From contig JAVKOQ020000019.1 of NCBI GenBank assembly GCA_031835245.2, forward strand, positions 310,001 to 353,505: DNA of 43,505 nt, read 5' to 3'. The position numbers and the translations under genes are program-made. This document shows, in pieces, positions 11,622-24,900 of this stretch. Position 1 is the stretch's first letter; every line of letters begins with the position of its first letter. This DNA is from Balamuthia mandrillaris. Its lineage: Eukaryota. The notes under the pieces were generated by a model that was not told the origin of the DNA, did no database searches, and worked only from the letters and a program-made list of their open reading frames with translations.

Positions 11622-13922
11622 TCTCCCTCCCTCTCTTCCTCCCTCTCTCTCCCTCTCTCTCTCCTTCTCTCTCTTCTCTCTCTTTTCTCTCTTCTCTCTC
11701 TTCTCTCTCTTCTCTTCTCTCTTCTCTCTCTTCTCTCTCTCTCTCTCTCAGGTTTTTGTGATAATTCTTAACCTTTTGTATCGGAGTTGGGGGACCTCCA
11801 AGCTCGTTTGCAAGTGTTATCAAACGGCCATCCGGGCCTCTTGTACGACACGACTTTGTGGTGGACGATCTTGCACCTGAGAAATCAACGATGATCGAGA
11901 TGCTCCCACAGCGAGAGCAGATAGCGTCCTTTTACGATCGCCCACAGATATTCAAGGTGCGAATACCGGGAGAAGAAAGCCCGGAAGAGGTCACCCATAT
12001 CCCTTTGGTGGAATTACCTCTCTCCTCGTCGCCCTCCTCTCCCGCACAGCTCTCCAGTTCACCAACAACTGGTGGTTTTTCGGTTCTTTCTACTATTGTT
12101 CCTCCTTCAAACAGTAGTAACAGCCTGCCCACCACCGCTCGCTCCACTGGGGATGACATTGCTCCTGTAACAGCAAAGAGAGATGAGGAATTTCCTGAAG
12201 GGCTAGAGCTCATATCCCAACTTCTCGCCCCGTCACTACCGGAGTCCGTCCCCAAAGAGGACAGCCAAGACACTTCTTCTGAGTGCAGCACTGGTTCTGA
12301 TGCACACTCAGACAGAGTGGAAGTACTGCTTGTGCACATGGGAGAAAGCGAGACGGTTAGGTTTAAGCTCAAACTGCACGTGAGAGGTTTGATCTTTCTA
12401 AAATATTATTGCAATCATACCTTGCATACTGAATAATCCTTGCAGGAGAATGGCAAGACCTCCTGTTCGACTTTAACCTGAAACAAGACACAGCAGCGGA
12501 CGTAGCTGCAGAGATGGGAAAGGAATTCCTTTTGACAGCAGAGTTTCAAGAGGAGATTGCACTTCACATTCAAGAAAAAGGTTTTTTTTCCCGGTTTGAT
12601 GCCTCTGTTTGATGCGCGACTCATCTGCATTGTTTTTTGGTACAGTGGATGAGGCGTTGATGGCACGAACTCCTCGTAGCCCAACCCTGGATTCCTCCCC
12701 AAAAGAAGGTACAGCGGCTGAGCAATGGGTGGAACCAGCGCCTTCAACGGATAGATCCATTGCAGGTGTTGTGGGTAGTAGTGCAGCCATAGAAATCCCT
12801 CGTCTTGCCACCACATTCGATGAGCAACGCAGGGCTGTGATCGCACCCAAAACGGCGAAGATTGCAACGTCACCTCGTCGATCCTCCACAACCAGCCTCA
12901 ACGAGCGACTCAAGCGACATTACCAACGTACAGATGAAGAAGCGCAAGGCAGTGGGGGAGCGGAACTGATCTCTTCTCGTCGGCACTCTGCTGAACTCTC
13001 CCAAAAAAGAGTATCCCTTGTTTTGGACTCTACGGATGGTTTCGACAAAGAGGAAGGTCCTTACAGCTGGGCCGACTTTAGCGACGAGAGAGTCTCCACC
13101 CGCAAGAATAGTGCTACGTATAATGGGAACCACTTCAATGGGACTGCCACCATTACCGCTTCCTCCGTTAGCTCTTTTACTCCACAGTTTGACCTCGGCG
13201 AGGAGTCCAACTTTGAGGAAATGGAGAAACGTCACCTCACCGAGAGACTAAATCTTCACAGCCAATTGGAACGGGAGCTAACCGAGTTAGAAGAACGCCA
13301 AGCCCAAATGCGCAGGCAATTGGAGGAACAGCTGGAGGAAGAGCGTCGTCGAGTCATCAGTCAACAAAACGAAGCCCGACAGCGGCTGGAGCGACTCCAC
13401 CAGCAAGAAACCAACAACCTCCAACAACGCAGGCACCAACAACTGGATATGTTGCGATCTCGCATCGGATCTGTGCCGGAACCCGTATCCTCCGGTTCTT
13501 CAATGTTTGTTTCCTCTTTCTCCGCTCCAACAACCACTACCGCACCTTCAGCAGCATCAACTACCATCAATACCACCACAACCACTTCGACTACCACCAC
13601 AACCGCCAACAGCAACACCAACATCAATACCAATGCCACCACAACCAACAAGCCGGCTTCCTCATTCAACGAATTATTTATGAAGTCTTTGGAAGGCTTC
13701 GCTGAGTCCTCTCATTCCCGTAAAATGGCAATGCCGACGGCAGCATCTCCCTCCTCCTGCTCATCTCCCTCCCTCTTTGCCCTTTCCTCCACCAACAGCA
13801 ATAATAACAACCTAAGAAAAAGCGGACCTTCGTCTACGCCCTCCTCCCCACCTCTCACCCGTTCCACCAACACCAACATCAATGCCATTAGCGGCGATTA
13901 TCCTCTCCTACAGTTTCTTTAG
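10189..13922 (+). CDS. WNK: WNK (with-no-lysine) family Ser/Thr kinase with CCT-like domain and C-terminal coiled coil
   Basis: [34 protein letters not shown] has Lys in subdomain I and none at the canonical subdomain II site. Also [45 protein letters not shown] and CCT-like [17 protein letters not shown]. Confidence 0.93.
10281..10598 (+). other. U12-type AT-AC intron in WNK
   Basis: 5' site ATATCCTG, branch-like ACCTTGAC at 10581-10588, 3' end GCAC. Splicing gives GT|T TAT AAA = KTVYKAID. Confidence 0.88.
10336..10475 (+). repeat. (CT)n/(CTCTGT)n microsatellite inside the WNK AT-AC intron
   Basis: Directly visible. Confidence 0.9.
11582..11749 (+). repeat. Pure-pyrimidine (CT)-rich tract in a WNK intron
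   Basis: About 170 nt containing only C and T. Confidence 0.9.
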
Positions 13923-14087
13923 CGGAACATATTCCTTGCTTTTCCACTTGTTTTGTATACAAAAAAAAAAGTGTCGTCCTGATATTTTGCTTAAGAGGCA
14001 GGGATGTGGTGGCGATGGGCGGGCGATTCAAAGCGTCATAGTCCCGTCGCTCGACCACACTCTCTGGTGTGAGATATGAAGCGTTGA

Positions 14088-15537
14088 TCAGGACTTTTCC
14101 AGTTCGGCATGGATCCAAGTACTCCAACGGCGATAGTCTATGTTTTGTTTCTTGGCTTGCTCATAGAGGGCATACACGTTTTTGTTGCACACTTTGCCCG
14201 CATACGATAGGTTCAACTTTATGCCTATTGCCAAACTAAAGAACAATCTGTTTGTGTGTTTTTAGTTAAATGGTTAAGGATAGCTTTGGAGAAGAGAAGG
14301 TGAGAGGAGAGAGGATACTCTTGCTTGACTCGTTCGAACTCCGTGGCAGAGGAACCACCCGCTTGCTGTTTGGAAGTGTTGGAAAGTTGCTGTTTTAGGT
14401 TTGTGTGGGCTTGTTTCACGCTTTCTAGCTCTTGCTGTTGGTGAGACAGTGTTTCCTCCAGCGATTTTATCTGTTGTTTGTAGTCCTGCTCCATCCGCTC
14501 CATCTATAGATCGGCGTCCAAAAGGCAGCACAGAACAGTCTAGTGAGTACTATATTTGAACATGCAGCGAGAAAGGAGAGGAGAGAAAGAGAGCAGGAGT
14601 GATGCTCTTGGATGAATCCTGACCTCCTTGGTAAGCAATGAATTCTGTGTTTTGAGGGTTTGCACCATATCGTTCTGTTCCAGTTCAGCAATGCGAGCCT
14701 TGAGCGATTTCACATGTTTTTCCTTCTCCTCCAGTAATTGGGTTGTTCTCTGCAATGAAAGTATCAGAACCTCTTCACTTGAGCAGAGAAATAGGATAAT
14801 AAACAAATACCTTGAGGTCAACGGACAAGAGGATATTTTTTCCTTCATACTTTCTCTTCAAAGTTTCCAGATCTTTGCTCATCTTAACAAGCTCCTCCTC
14901 TTTGAGAGACAATTCCACGGCCAAGTGCTGAGCACCTAGTGATTTTCTGCCTCTCCGGACGGGAGTGGTCTTGTTGCTATGTTCCTTTTCTTCGGTGTCA
15001 TTCTCTTCACCTCCCTCTGTTTCAGGAAACTCCTCCTCATCTACCTCCTCCATGAAGCGCTTCTTCATTGAAACCATCATTGCTGTCTCCTTCTCCATTT
15101 CTTCCATCAACTCGCTAACCGACTTTTCTAGAGCTTCCTTCTCGCTTTCTAAAGAAGATACCTTCAGCTGTTCGTCCATTAGAGTGAATTTCAATTCCAT
15201 TAACTGTTCCTCTTGCCTCATTTTCTCTTCCTCTATCTCTTCTCTGGCTTTCCTCTCCTCCTCCAACTCAGCTTTTAACCGTTTAACTTGCTGTTCTAAC
15301 ACTGCTTTTGGCGCCACTTTGACATCAAATACATCGTCGTCTGCATTAATAGCGCTATTGTGAACGCGCATGTGTTCTTGTACCAGTCCCGCGGGGCTGT
15401 CTTTTAGGCGTTCGAAGAATTGAGTCTTCTCACGGATTGCCTCCTCAGCTGATAATAGTTTTTCACTCAACGTTCTGAGCTCCATTCCGCCCATGTCCAA
15501 ACGCTTGAGCTCCTGATTTATAAAGGCAAAGATCAGC

Positions 15538-15571
<34 letters not shown>

Positions 15572-17221
15572 GGAACGAGAGAGGTTGAGAGGGTAGTAGC
15601 GGATCCGTACAGCTTCCCAGCTTTCAGTTACGCCGCTCTCCCAGTCAGGGGCGCCATTTTCGATAGAAGCAGAAGCATCTGTAGCATTCTGACCATTGGT
15701 ATGGCCTGGAGTGGGAGGCAAAGGTGTATCGCTGTTCGAGTGTGCCACTTCCAACTGCTTTTGCTTCAAGCAGATGATGGCTTCTGCTTGGCTAAGTCTT
15801 GTATTTGCTTCTTCGAGCTGCTTGGTTAGGGCGTCGCGTTCCCGAGTGAGGCGCTCGACGACAGCACTTTCCTTTTTACTGTCTAGGGTTTCCTTCTCTC
15901 GCTCGCTCTCTTCTCCGCTCTCAGTCAGCTGAGCCACCATAGCCTCAGACCGCAGCAGCTCCAGCTCCTTTTCAGAGAGGGTCTGTCTAAGAGCGCTCTC
16001 CCTCTGCAATGACTCATCCAGTGCCTCTTTGGTTTCTTTAAGCCTTAAACGAAGCTCCAACACCCTTTGTCCTGCTGTTTTTTTCTTTTTGGATCGACTG
16101 CCTTCTCCCTCTTGTTTGTTCTGCTTGTCTGTCCCTTCTTTATCTTCTGCTTCTATTTCTTCTTCTTCTTCTTCTCCTTCCTCGCCTTCCTCCTCTCCGC
16201 TTTCCAGCAGCTGGGTCTGCTGTCTTAAGGAAGCAATAAGTTTGGCATAACTTTCTGCTTCCACGAGGTGCTGCTGTTGTTGAGCCTCAACCCGCTCTTC
16301 CAGCCCACATAGCTCCTGCTTCAAACTTAGAAGTTGCCGTGTCACTGCCGCCAGCTCCTCCTCTTTCCTCCTCAGTGCTTTCCTTAGCCTTCTTTCCTCC
16401 TGCTTGTTTCCTCCAGTATCACTGTTGTGTTCATCATCGCCGCTGCTTGTCTCTCCCTCGCCGTCAACGTCCTGTTCATAACCACCGTCTTCCTCTTCCT
16501 CATCACCATTCGCCTCCAGAGTAGCGGTCCCCACCAGTTCGTCCTCGGAGAGGATATCGGAATGACGGCGCCGCCCTAATGCTGGGCTGGTGGGCATCGA
16601 TGAAGAGGAAGCGGTTGGCGTTCCTTCTAAAGAGGCCACAAGAAGGCTTGGCAGGTCCTTTCGTGGAAGGTGTTGTACATCTGGGGAATGCATCTCAGTG
16701 CCTGAAACGTCACTGTCGCCATTTCCACTCAATTGAAGCCGTTCGGTCCTCTTTTCAGCAGCAGCCAACCAGTTCTGTAGGCCATGCACCCAGTACTTGA
16801 GTTCTGTGTCGCTCGCCGCCCAAAGCGAAAATGTTCTGTTTGGGGTCACCACTTCAAAGCCTCCACCCCCACCCCTTGCTCCTTTCTTGTTTCCTTTGTT
16901 GCTGCCTTCTTCCTCGCTTGCGGCGGCATGGTCGTTGTTGGAGAGGGCAGGGCCGCTAGTAGGCCGCACCTCAGTGATTTGAGAGCAGGGGATGCAACCT
17001 TGTGGCTCTGCGCCTTGGTTTTCTTGCTTGTAGTAGTAGAGCTTGTTGCCCCTTTGTTTGAACCAACGCCGCTTCCATGCTCTTAGCCCCTTAACGCCTT
17101 GCTTTTGCAGCCAACCCTCCAAGGGGGGAGCCGCCAGCGTTGGCACTCCTCCCGTTGCAGAGACTCCTGTCTGAAGCTCAGCCATTTGTGGAGTGGCTGA
17201 TTCACCTGCTCCGCCTTCCAT
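14088..17221 (-). CDS. PH-domain, long coiled-coil protein with a small C-terminal domain, 5 exons
   Basis: PH motifs LEGWLQKQG..AWKRRWF..LYYYK..FEVVTPNRTFSLWA..KYWVHGL, then an acidic linker and extensive heptad-rich segments. Last exon reads ELFFSLAIGIKLN...WSTWIHAELEKS*. Start ATG is uncertain. Confidence 0.85.
14248..14318 (-). other. U12-type GT-AG intron in the PH/coiled-coil gene
   Basis: Minus strand: GA|GTATCCTC, perfect branch TCCTTAAC at 14280-14273, CAG acceptor 25 nt downstream. Splicing opens a clean 3' exon. Confidence 0.75.
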
Positions 17222-17764
17222 TAATGGTTGCCTCTGCAAGTAGTCTCAGGGTAGCTTGGTTGGAGTTAACTGACTGCCTGACTGACGGGATGTGCACAAT
17301 AGGTTTTGCTTGCTGTTGAGGAGGGGAGGGGAAACGCGGTGACCCAATATATATCTTCTTCTGCTTTTCCTTCTTCTTATTGTTCAGCTTGCTCTTTTTC
17401 TTCTTTCTTTTTTTTTTTTTGGCCAGCGGCTGACCCAACCCCCCACCCCCACGCCCTGCGCGAAGACTTCACGCGCCGATTTTCATGGCATTTTCCGCGG
17501 ACATCCCCCCAAGCTAAAGTTTGGTGGCCGGCCGTGGTTCTGGTGGTGTGTGGTGGCGGTGGCCCTCCTCTAGCCCACTGCTTACCCCCCTTCCCACCCC
17601 TCATGCTAAGCATCATCTCGCAAGGGCGGAAGGGGCCGAAATCCCATCCATCAGCCAAACCCCCCGGCTGCTGCTGCTGGAGGAAAAAGAGAGTCGCAGT
17701 GGCCACTACCACCACACACCAGACGAAACGTACCGCAACTCCTACGGCTGCTGCTGCTGCTGGC

Positions 17765-18753
17765 ATGAATTCCTTGTTCTCTCCATTGAAAGGGCAAGCC
17801 CCTGCCACTGGTACCCACCCGCTGCTTACCTTGCTGCCTACCAATACCTTGTACTCACCTGCCCGTGATGAATAACTACAACAGGCGGTGCTGCTGCTGC
17901 GCGTTTGGCGGGCAGCCCACCGTCCCACTCCTCCCTTTCCAGTTGCTTGTTTAGCTCCGCAATTGACTCCCCATTGGAGGTCGGAACGCCCCTGGCTTCC
18001 ACCTCCTCCTCTTTTCCTCCTGCACTCCAGAAGAAAGAGAAAGAGGCGGAGGTTGTTGCCTCTGTCTTTGATGCTGACTCGTATTTGGGCAGGCCTTATT
18101 CTCTTTCTCTCTCTCCTTCCTCCTCCAACAGCTCAGCTGCTTCTGTCGCAACATCTGTTAGACAAACTTGCAACGATACAGAAAAAGGGAGCCGCCAACA
18201 GCAACTCCACAGCCAACACACCGCGCGGCACGCCTCAAAACCTCCTCCCGTTGCTACCGGTCCTCAACCCCAACACAGTAGCGGTGAGGCTACCGGTGTT
18301 TCTACTTCCACGTTCCGTACTCACCTCCGGTCAGCCCCCGAAAACAAAGACTCGGTGTGGCAGCAAGCAGAAGAAGACGCGAACGAAGAACAAGGGGAAC
18401 AGGAGGCAGAGATGCTGACCTTTGAAGCCAAGTTCTTGCAAAGGCTTGTGGAAGAACGCCTGCACGACTTTAGTGAAAAGATACACCATGACATGACCAA
18501 TCTCCACCTGGAGCTTATTCGCCAATCCCAACTGCAACAAGTGCGTTTGAGCCCTAGTTCTGCTCTCTGCTCTCTGCATTGGTTTTTTTTCGCCCATCAT
18601 AGTAGAACGTACTAACGAGATATTGGTTGGCAGCGGGCAGTGCAGCAGTTGATGAAGCAAAACGAGGAGGCACAACGGCAATTGCTGCAAGAGGTTCAGG
18701 TTTTGCGAGAAGAGAACAAGCGTCTGCGTGAGCTATATGGCGCTGATCCTTGA
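17765..18753 (+). CDS. NEDD1/GCP-WD C-terminal-like protein without WD40 repeats, 3 exons
   Basis: Introns 17811-17884 and 18541-18633 (GT-AG). C-terminus FEAKFLQRLVEERLHDFSEKIHHDMTNLHLELIRQSQLQQ|...QEVQVLREENKRLRELY resembles the NEDD1 gamma-tubulin-binding helix. An alternative in-frame ATG lies at 17603. Confidence 0.7.
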
Positions 18754-18986
18754 CATTACAAACGTGTATAGATATTTGTTGACACACAGGGTTTGCTTTC
18801 ATCTTTTCTCTCAACTTCTTGGAGTGTTTGTTGGAAGAAAATCTGGATAGTGTCCTTGGGGGGTTGTGATCATCATTTTTTCAATTTGCTCGCCCCAAGA
18901 TACATTCTTAATGGATCCATCGACTTGCATTTCGGAAAGGAGTGTTATTTAAAGATGAACAACATCAGCAACAACCCTACTAAGTA

Positions 18987-21900
18987 CTACTGAGGGGGCC
19001 GCTGCGCTAGTAACGAGCGAGTTAAGAAGCAGCAAAGGGCATTGATAAAGTCACGAATGTGGTCCTGCTCCTGCCTCGAGTAGGTGCTGTTGCCGCTTCC
19101 GCCATGATCTGTTGGTGGTGGTGATGCTGAACGAGGAGAGAGGGAGGAGCCCACCCCTGACGAGGAGCCAGGAGGAGAGATGGAGTCAAGAACAGAACGA
19201 GGGAGCCTACGACAAGCGTAGGCGTTGGTGGTGTGGCGGGAGGTCGTTCCGGCAACGGCAGAATGAGTGACGTGTACAAAAAAGTCTCGCGTGGCAACGG
19301 AAAGCAGGAAAAGGTGGTCTGTGGTGACATGTTCGCCAGAGCGGTAGGTTATGTGGCGGCAACGCTTCCGGTAGACCTCCTCTTCCAAATAGCGCATAGC
19401 ACTGCACCAAGGGACACTCATTGACGAGGAGGAGGAAAACAGGATGGCTAAGGAGGGGTCCAGCTCTTCCAGGGGCTTCCAGTCAGCTAGCCGCATCAGC
19501 ACTGCTAACTCTGTCTCGGAGAGAGGAATACTGTTGGGGGTGAGCAGGCGTGCCCATAGCTGATCTCTATGGTAATCCATGGCAGCACCAGTGATGGCCT
19601 CCGCCAGCCTCCTCTCGGCAACACGCACCATGAATCCTCCACTGGCGCTGTCTTCTTCCCTCCTGAGTTGCTCCTCTTCCTGCGAGCTGGTTGTGCTAGT
19701 GGTAGTGCGTGCAGAAGAAAGGGGCACGCACACCCCCTGGGTCGTTGTTCGAATTATAAAGAAGCGAAGGCCAATAGGTGAAGAAACACCAACACCACTG
19801 GTGCTTCCTGTGCAAGTAGAGGTTGTCTGGGCAGCGGAGGAAGCTATAGAAGAGGTAAGTTGTCGTCGCTCAAGAGATACGCGCCTGCTTTCCGCCACAG
19901 TAGCGGTGGTTATCTGAGCGGAGGAGGCTGGCAGCATCATTGATGGGATATGTTGAGTGGAAGTGGTACTGCTACCTACCATGCTAGAGGAAGCGGTGGT
20001 AGGCGTGGTAGCAGCAGATAGTCCTGGTGAAGCCATGGGAGAGACTACGTTGCTATTAGATGAGGGGGCATACGAGGACATCGGTACAAAGGAAGATAGC
20101 TCAGAGGGCGTAGTAGGGGTGGTGCCACCCGTGTAGCCAGAGCCTCCTCCGCCACTACTATTGTTTGTAGAGGCGGAGGAGGAAGCAACAGCAGGCGAAG
20201 AGGCCGAGGATGACGAGGCAGCAGTAGGAAGCACAAAAGCCACAACAGAGTACAGGTCAGGTTGTCGTCGTGTGTCCTCGCTATCGTTTGCTTGGAAGGT
20301 AGGAGAAGAGGAGGAAAAGAATAAAGCAGGGTGGATGTGCCGTTGTTCCAGAGTGCGTAGGCCATAGGTGGAGGCGTGCTTGGAGATAAACAGAAAGAGG
20401 TCGGGGGAGGAAACGTTGATGCCAGCAGGCAGCGGTAAGAAGGTGCTGTGCGCAACAACCTGGTTACGGGCATAGGGAGGCGGTGCTGAGTATGCATTCA
20501 CCAAGCCATGCAGTACCGCCAGGAAATAGCCGGGAGGGTATGGCATTGTTACATTGGTGAGGAAGGCTTGTAGCTGCTGTGCATGAAAGTCGTACACAAA
20601 AGAGTTGAGGTGAAGTCTATGTTTAAGGCCGTGGGCTTCTTCCACGAATAATTGGCGAAGCTGAACATTGTTTTGTGTTTGCTGGTGTTGCTGCTGCTGG
20701 CGGTGTGGATGCTGACGATGTTGTTGGTAATGCTGTGAGGTCCTATTGCTGTTGCTGCTGCTGCTGCTGGGTGTAGCGGTGCTGTTGTAGTAGGCCTTCA
20801 TGGCGGCAGTTGCAGTATGGCGAGGCAGATCAGGAGAGAAAGCAGATGAAGTCAAATGATGTAAGGGGGAGGGTAGGCCACCAGCGATAACAGTACGCCC
20901 TACCACCAGTTCTCTGTTGTGAAGAGCGTAGAGGTCACATAACATACAACCATCCATGAATGCTACATGAAGAAGCAAAATGCCTCCATGCGTGGCTCTA
21001 TAGAGAAAGGCAGGCGGTAAGGATATCGATGATCCCTGCTGTTTAGCCGCCTCTTCCGAGGCGCCTTCCTGGGATGACTCCTGCTGCTGACGCTGCTGCT
21101 GTTGCTGAGAAGCAGGCGGTCGTTGCTTTGTTGTTGAGAGAGAAGAGGGTGGCGCCTGCACGTTAAGCTTGGTGAGGCCCAACACGACCTGAAGATAGTG
21201 AACGTAGTTGGCAAAGAAGTCATGCATGATGTCCTCCAGCCACTGCTTGTCCTGGTGGGCATCCTCCTGCTCTTCTTCGTCGAAGTAGTAGGGTGCACCC
21301 TGCCTGCTACGAGAGAGAATCGCCCAGCTATCATCCATCGCGTTTTTGAGCAGCTCTCCAAGGTCGCGCAAGCTACTACGAGAGCTCCGCGTTGTGCCTT
21401 GCTTGTTGCCTGCGGTGGCTGCTTGCTTTGTTGTTATGGACAACGGAGGTAACGTGGCCAGTGGGAAGGGGACGCGATAGCAGCAGACAATACGAGAGGC
21501 CTGCATTACCAATCGCACATGCGCTAGCGATACCTCCCCACCTTTAGTAGCGGAAGTTGAAGATTTACCAGCTCCTTCCCCGTCCCCCCCTGATCTGCCT
21601 GTTGCTACTGCCGACGATGGCCTATTGCTATGTGGTGATAGGGAGGGCAGAGATGACGTAGTAGTGGAACTAAACGTTCTGCTATCGCGTAACCAGCGAG
21701 AGCAGATCGCCTGTAGATGATTGCGATTGCGGGAAGAAAAAATGTGATGAAGCCAACCCTCCTTAATGTGCTGGCCATGTCGTATCATTACATTGCTGGA
21801 CTTGGTGAGGGAAGTGTTGCGGTGAAGAGGCTGCTGTGGAATACAGCCCTTTAGCAGTCCTTGCAACGGAACATTGCTCTCTGGGATACCACCCGCCCGT

Positions 21901-24900
21901 TTTCTTGGTGCTGCACTACCGCTGCCACCACCACTCATATGGCTAGGAGTATTATTGGTATTAGTGTTGCTGCCCATGTCTTCGCCTGCCACGTTGGTAG
22001 TAGATACAACGGCAGCAGGCATTATGTCCGAAGCGTAGAGGGTCACAGGTGCTTCCTTCCCGGCCATTCCAGCATCGGCAGCAGCGTTACTAGGCGATGT
22101 CTGCGATTGTTGCCGCTGTTGAGAAGACGTAGTATGTTCCAACCAAAGAGCGACAGTAGAAGGGCAAAGGACGCCTTCTGGGCGCACGGTGCTCTCCTTT
22201 AAGAGCGGATCTATATTGTCAAGGGTGAAGGCATTCTTCTGTTCAACACTTGATGAAAGAGGGCGGCCAGAACGAGACTGGCCTTCCATTGATACAGAGC
22301 TGGTAGGGGGGTAGACACTATCTCTTCCTCCTTCCCTTGAGTTGTTGCTACCACTGCTGCCTTTTTGCTGGGCCACATGGGAGTGTGGTGGGTGCAGCAT
22401 GTGACCTCCCCGCAGGAAACGAAGATGGCGGGGCACTGGCATCTGCTTGGCTAATGCTTGGGACTGGGGTTGTTGTTGGCGTAATCCTCTTTTTGATCCC
22501 AAACCAGGAGAAGTAGGGTTTGTGGCATTGGATCGCCCTTCTGATGAAGCAACTGACGCTTCTGTTTTTGGTAGAGCGGTACGCTGGGAAGAGGCGCGGT
22601 TATGCAAGCTGGGGTGAGTGAAAAGACCCAATTTTTGCTGCACGATGTTACCCAGAAGGTTTTGGCGGCGCTCATCCCAGCGGCGATGTTCTTGCAAAAT
22701 GCTATGAATTTTAGCTGTGAGGGCTTTGTTCCAATTGTAGGTGTAAAGCTTAAGGCCTCGTCTCTTGAGTTCTACATGCACAAAGCAGCGCCTGCGGATG
22801 ATTGATGAAGGGAGGTTGAAACCCTGAAGGTGACTATAAAGCAGAAGATCTTCGTAGTTGATGGAGGTGGTGGCTGGAGTTGCATTGTTGCCGCTGCCTT
22901 TTCCCTCTGTTGTGTGAGTTTGCCCTCTACTCTCAGCAATGCGGTCACTGTCACCACCACTTGTGGAAGTAGCATTTGCGATGGGGGTAGTTGTCGTAGG
23001 TGAGAAGGAAGAAGGGGCTTCTTCGTTGGAGCCAGCCACAATGGTAACCGTCCAATCGTCACTATGCAGCAATCCATCAGCAGGAATCCTACCACCAGGG
23101 CAGAATATTCGAAGAAGCCTGGGCTCAGGAGATAATGATTGTGGGCTGCTAATATCTTCTAAGGGATCCACCATCACCATCATGAGCGGGGTGGCTAAAG
23201 TAGAAGCATCAATGGAGGCCAAGTGCTTACCAGATGTGGTTGTTGCTCTGCTTAAATAAACAGCAGCTGGCAACAAAGTAGGATTCAGTTCAGAGAGCAG
23301 GTAGAGAAGGTCATGGACTAAGGGTTGCACACTCCATGACACGAGATTGAGAGGGATGTCAGATCGTTGTACGGATGGTGCGGACAAGGAGCTAGCTATC
23401 TTAAACAGGGATTTGCGGGCGTCTGTCAAAGGAGCAGGCGGCGGAGGTAATGGAAGCTGCAATATGCACGTTTCCAAGGCAAAGGCACAGAGGGTTTGTC
23501 GCATAGAACGAGTAAGGTGGGCGATAAGGGCCTCCATGTGGATGGCTCCCCGCACCCATATTTCGATCTGAAGGCGGCTTCCTTCTTCTGTTCCGCCTCC
23601 GTCTCCGAATGGCTCGTACAATTGATGCAGCTCTTCCACACCTTGGTTTTCTTCGAGCGTTGGAATTTCCTTAGCGTGGCGCTGCAGTGTGGACCTGCGT
23701 GGCTTTGATGGTGGCAGTGGGTCCGATAAGCTCCGTAATTGCTTTCCTTCGAAGAAATCACCATCCTCTGTGTCCTCTCTCCCCTGTTCCTCCTCTTCTT
23801 CGTCGCCATCCTCTTCTTCCTCTTCTTTCTCTTTGTCCTCGGCTTCGGCTGCCTCTTCATCATCAGAGTCTAGGTGATCTTCTTTTGCTGATTGCTTGGT
23901 GATGCTCGGTGGGTGTGACTTCCGTGAAGGAGATCCAGATGCTGAATGTTTTGTCGAAGGCGAAGTGTTGCCAGCTTCGTCTGATGCGGCCATCTGTCGC
24001 GAGGGGTGGCGATCCTTTCGGGCGAGTGGAGGGCAGGTGCGCAGAAAGACCTTTTGTTGGCATACATGCAACCATTGCTCTGCCTGTTGTTGTGAAGGCT
24101 CATATGGTGGACCAGGGCAGCAAACATGCTGCAAGGGAAGTCCTTCCTCATCCAAAAGGTTGAGATAGATGCAGGCAATGCCTTGACCAATCGCTTTTTG
24201 TGTGGCAGTGGTAGAAGGGGATGGTATGTGGTTGTATAGAAACGCAAAGTCGGAAGGACAGATACAGAGGCGACCAGAATTACTCTGTGGCTGATCTCTC
24301 TCCGCTTTCACTCCATTCCGTTCCTCAGCTTGGCCGGAGACGCTATTCTCACTATCTTCGCCGGGGGGATAGAGGAAGTGCATAGTGTGAAAGCAGGATT
24401 GCAAAAGATTCTGCCGAAGAAACAGAAGGTAGAGATACTTATCGAAGACAGCAGATGGGATGCGCACTACGCATTTTTGAGCTGGCGTGTTTGAGGAGCG
24501 TATGAAAGCAAGGTCTTCGGGGGTTAACTTCAGCAACGGATTGCGCAGCAACAGCGCAGAAATAATGGATAAAGTGACAGCGGCCAACTTGTTTTCTAAC
24601 AGTTGGTGTAGTTGTTCCGTTATTTCTGGTCCCGCCTCATACACTCCGAATATTTCCACCACGAGCTTGTACCTGGTGGCGTCGGTCTCCTCGTTGTCTG
24701 GATTGCTATTGTTGTTATCTTCCTTCTGCCTTACTTTTCCAGAGTGGGTCCCATCCTCAGAGTTTTTGTTGGCTCTGAGATCCGTTGCGCTGGCAGTAGC
24801 TTTAGGCGCAGAAAGATGAGACTCTGCATTAGAACGAGGTTGCAAGCTGGAAGGAGAAAAGTTGGTGGTATCTGGAGATGTCATGGTAGTTGACTGCGCC

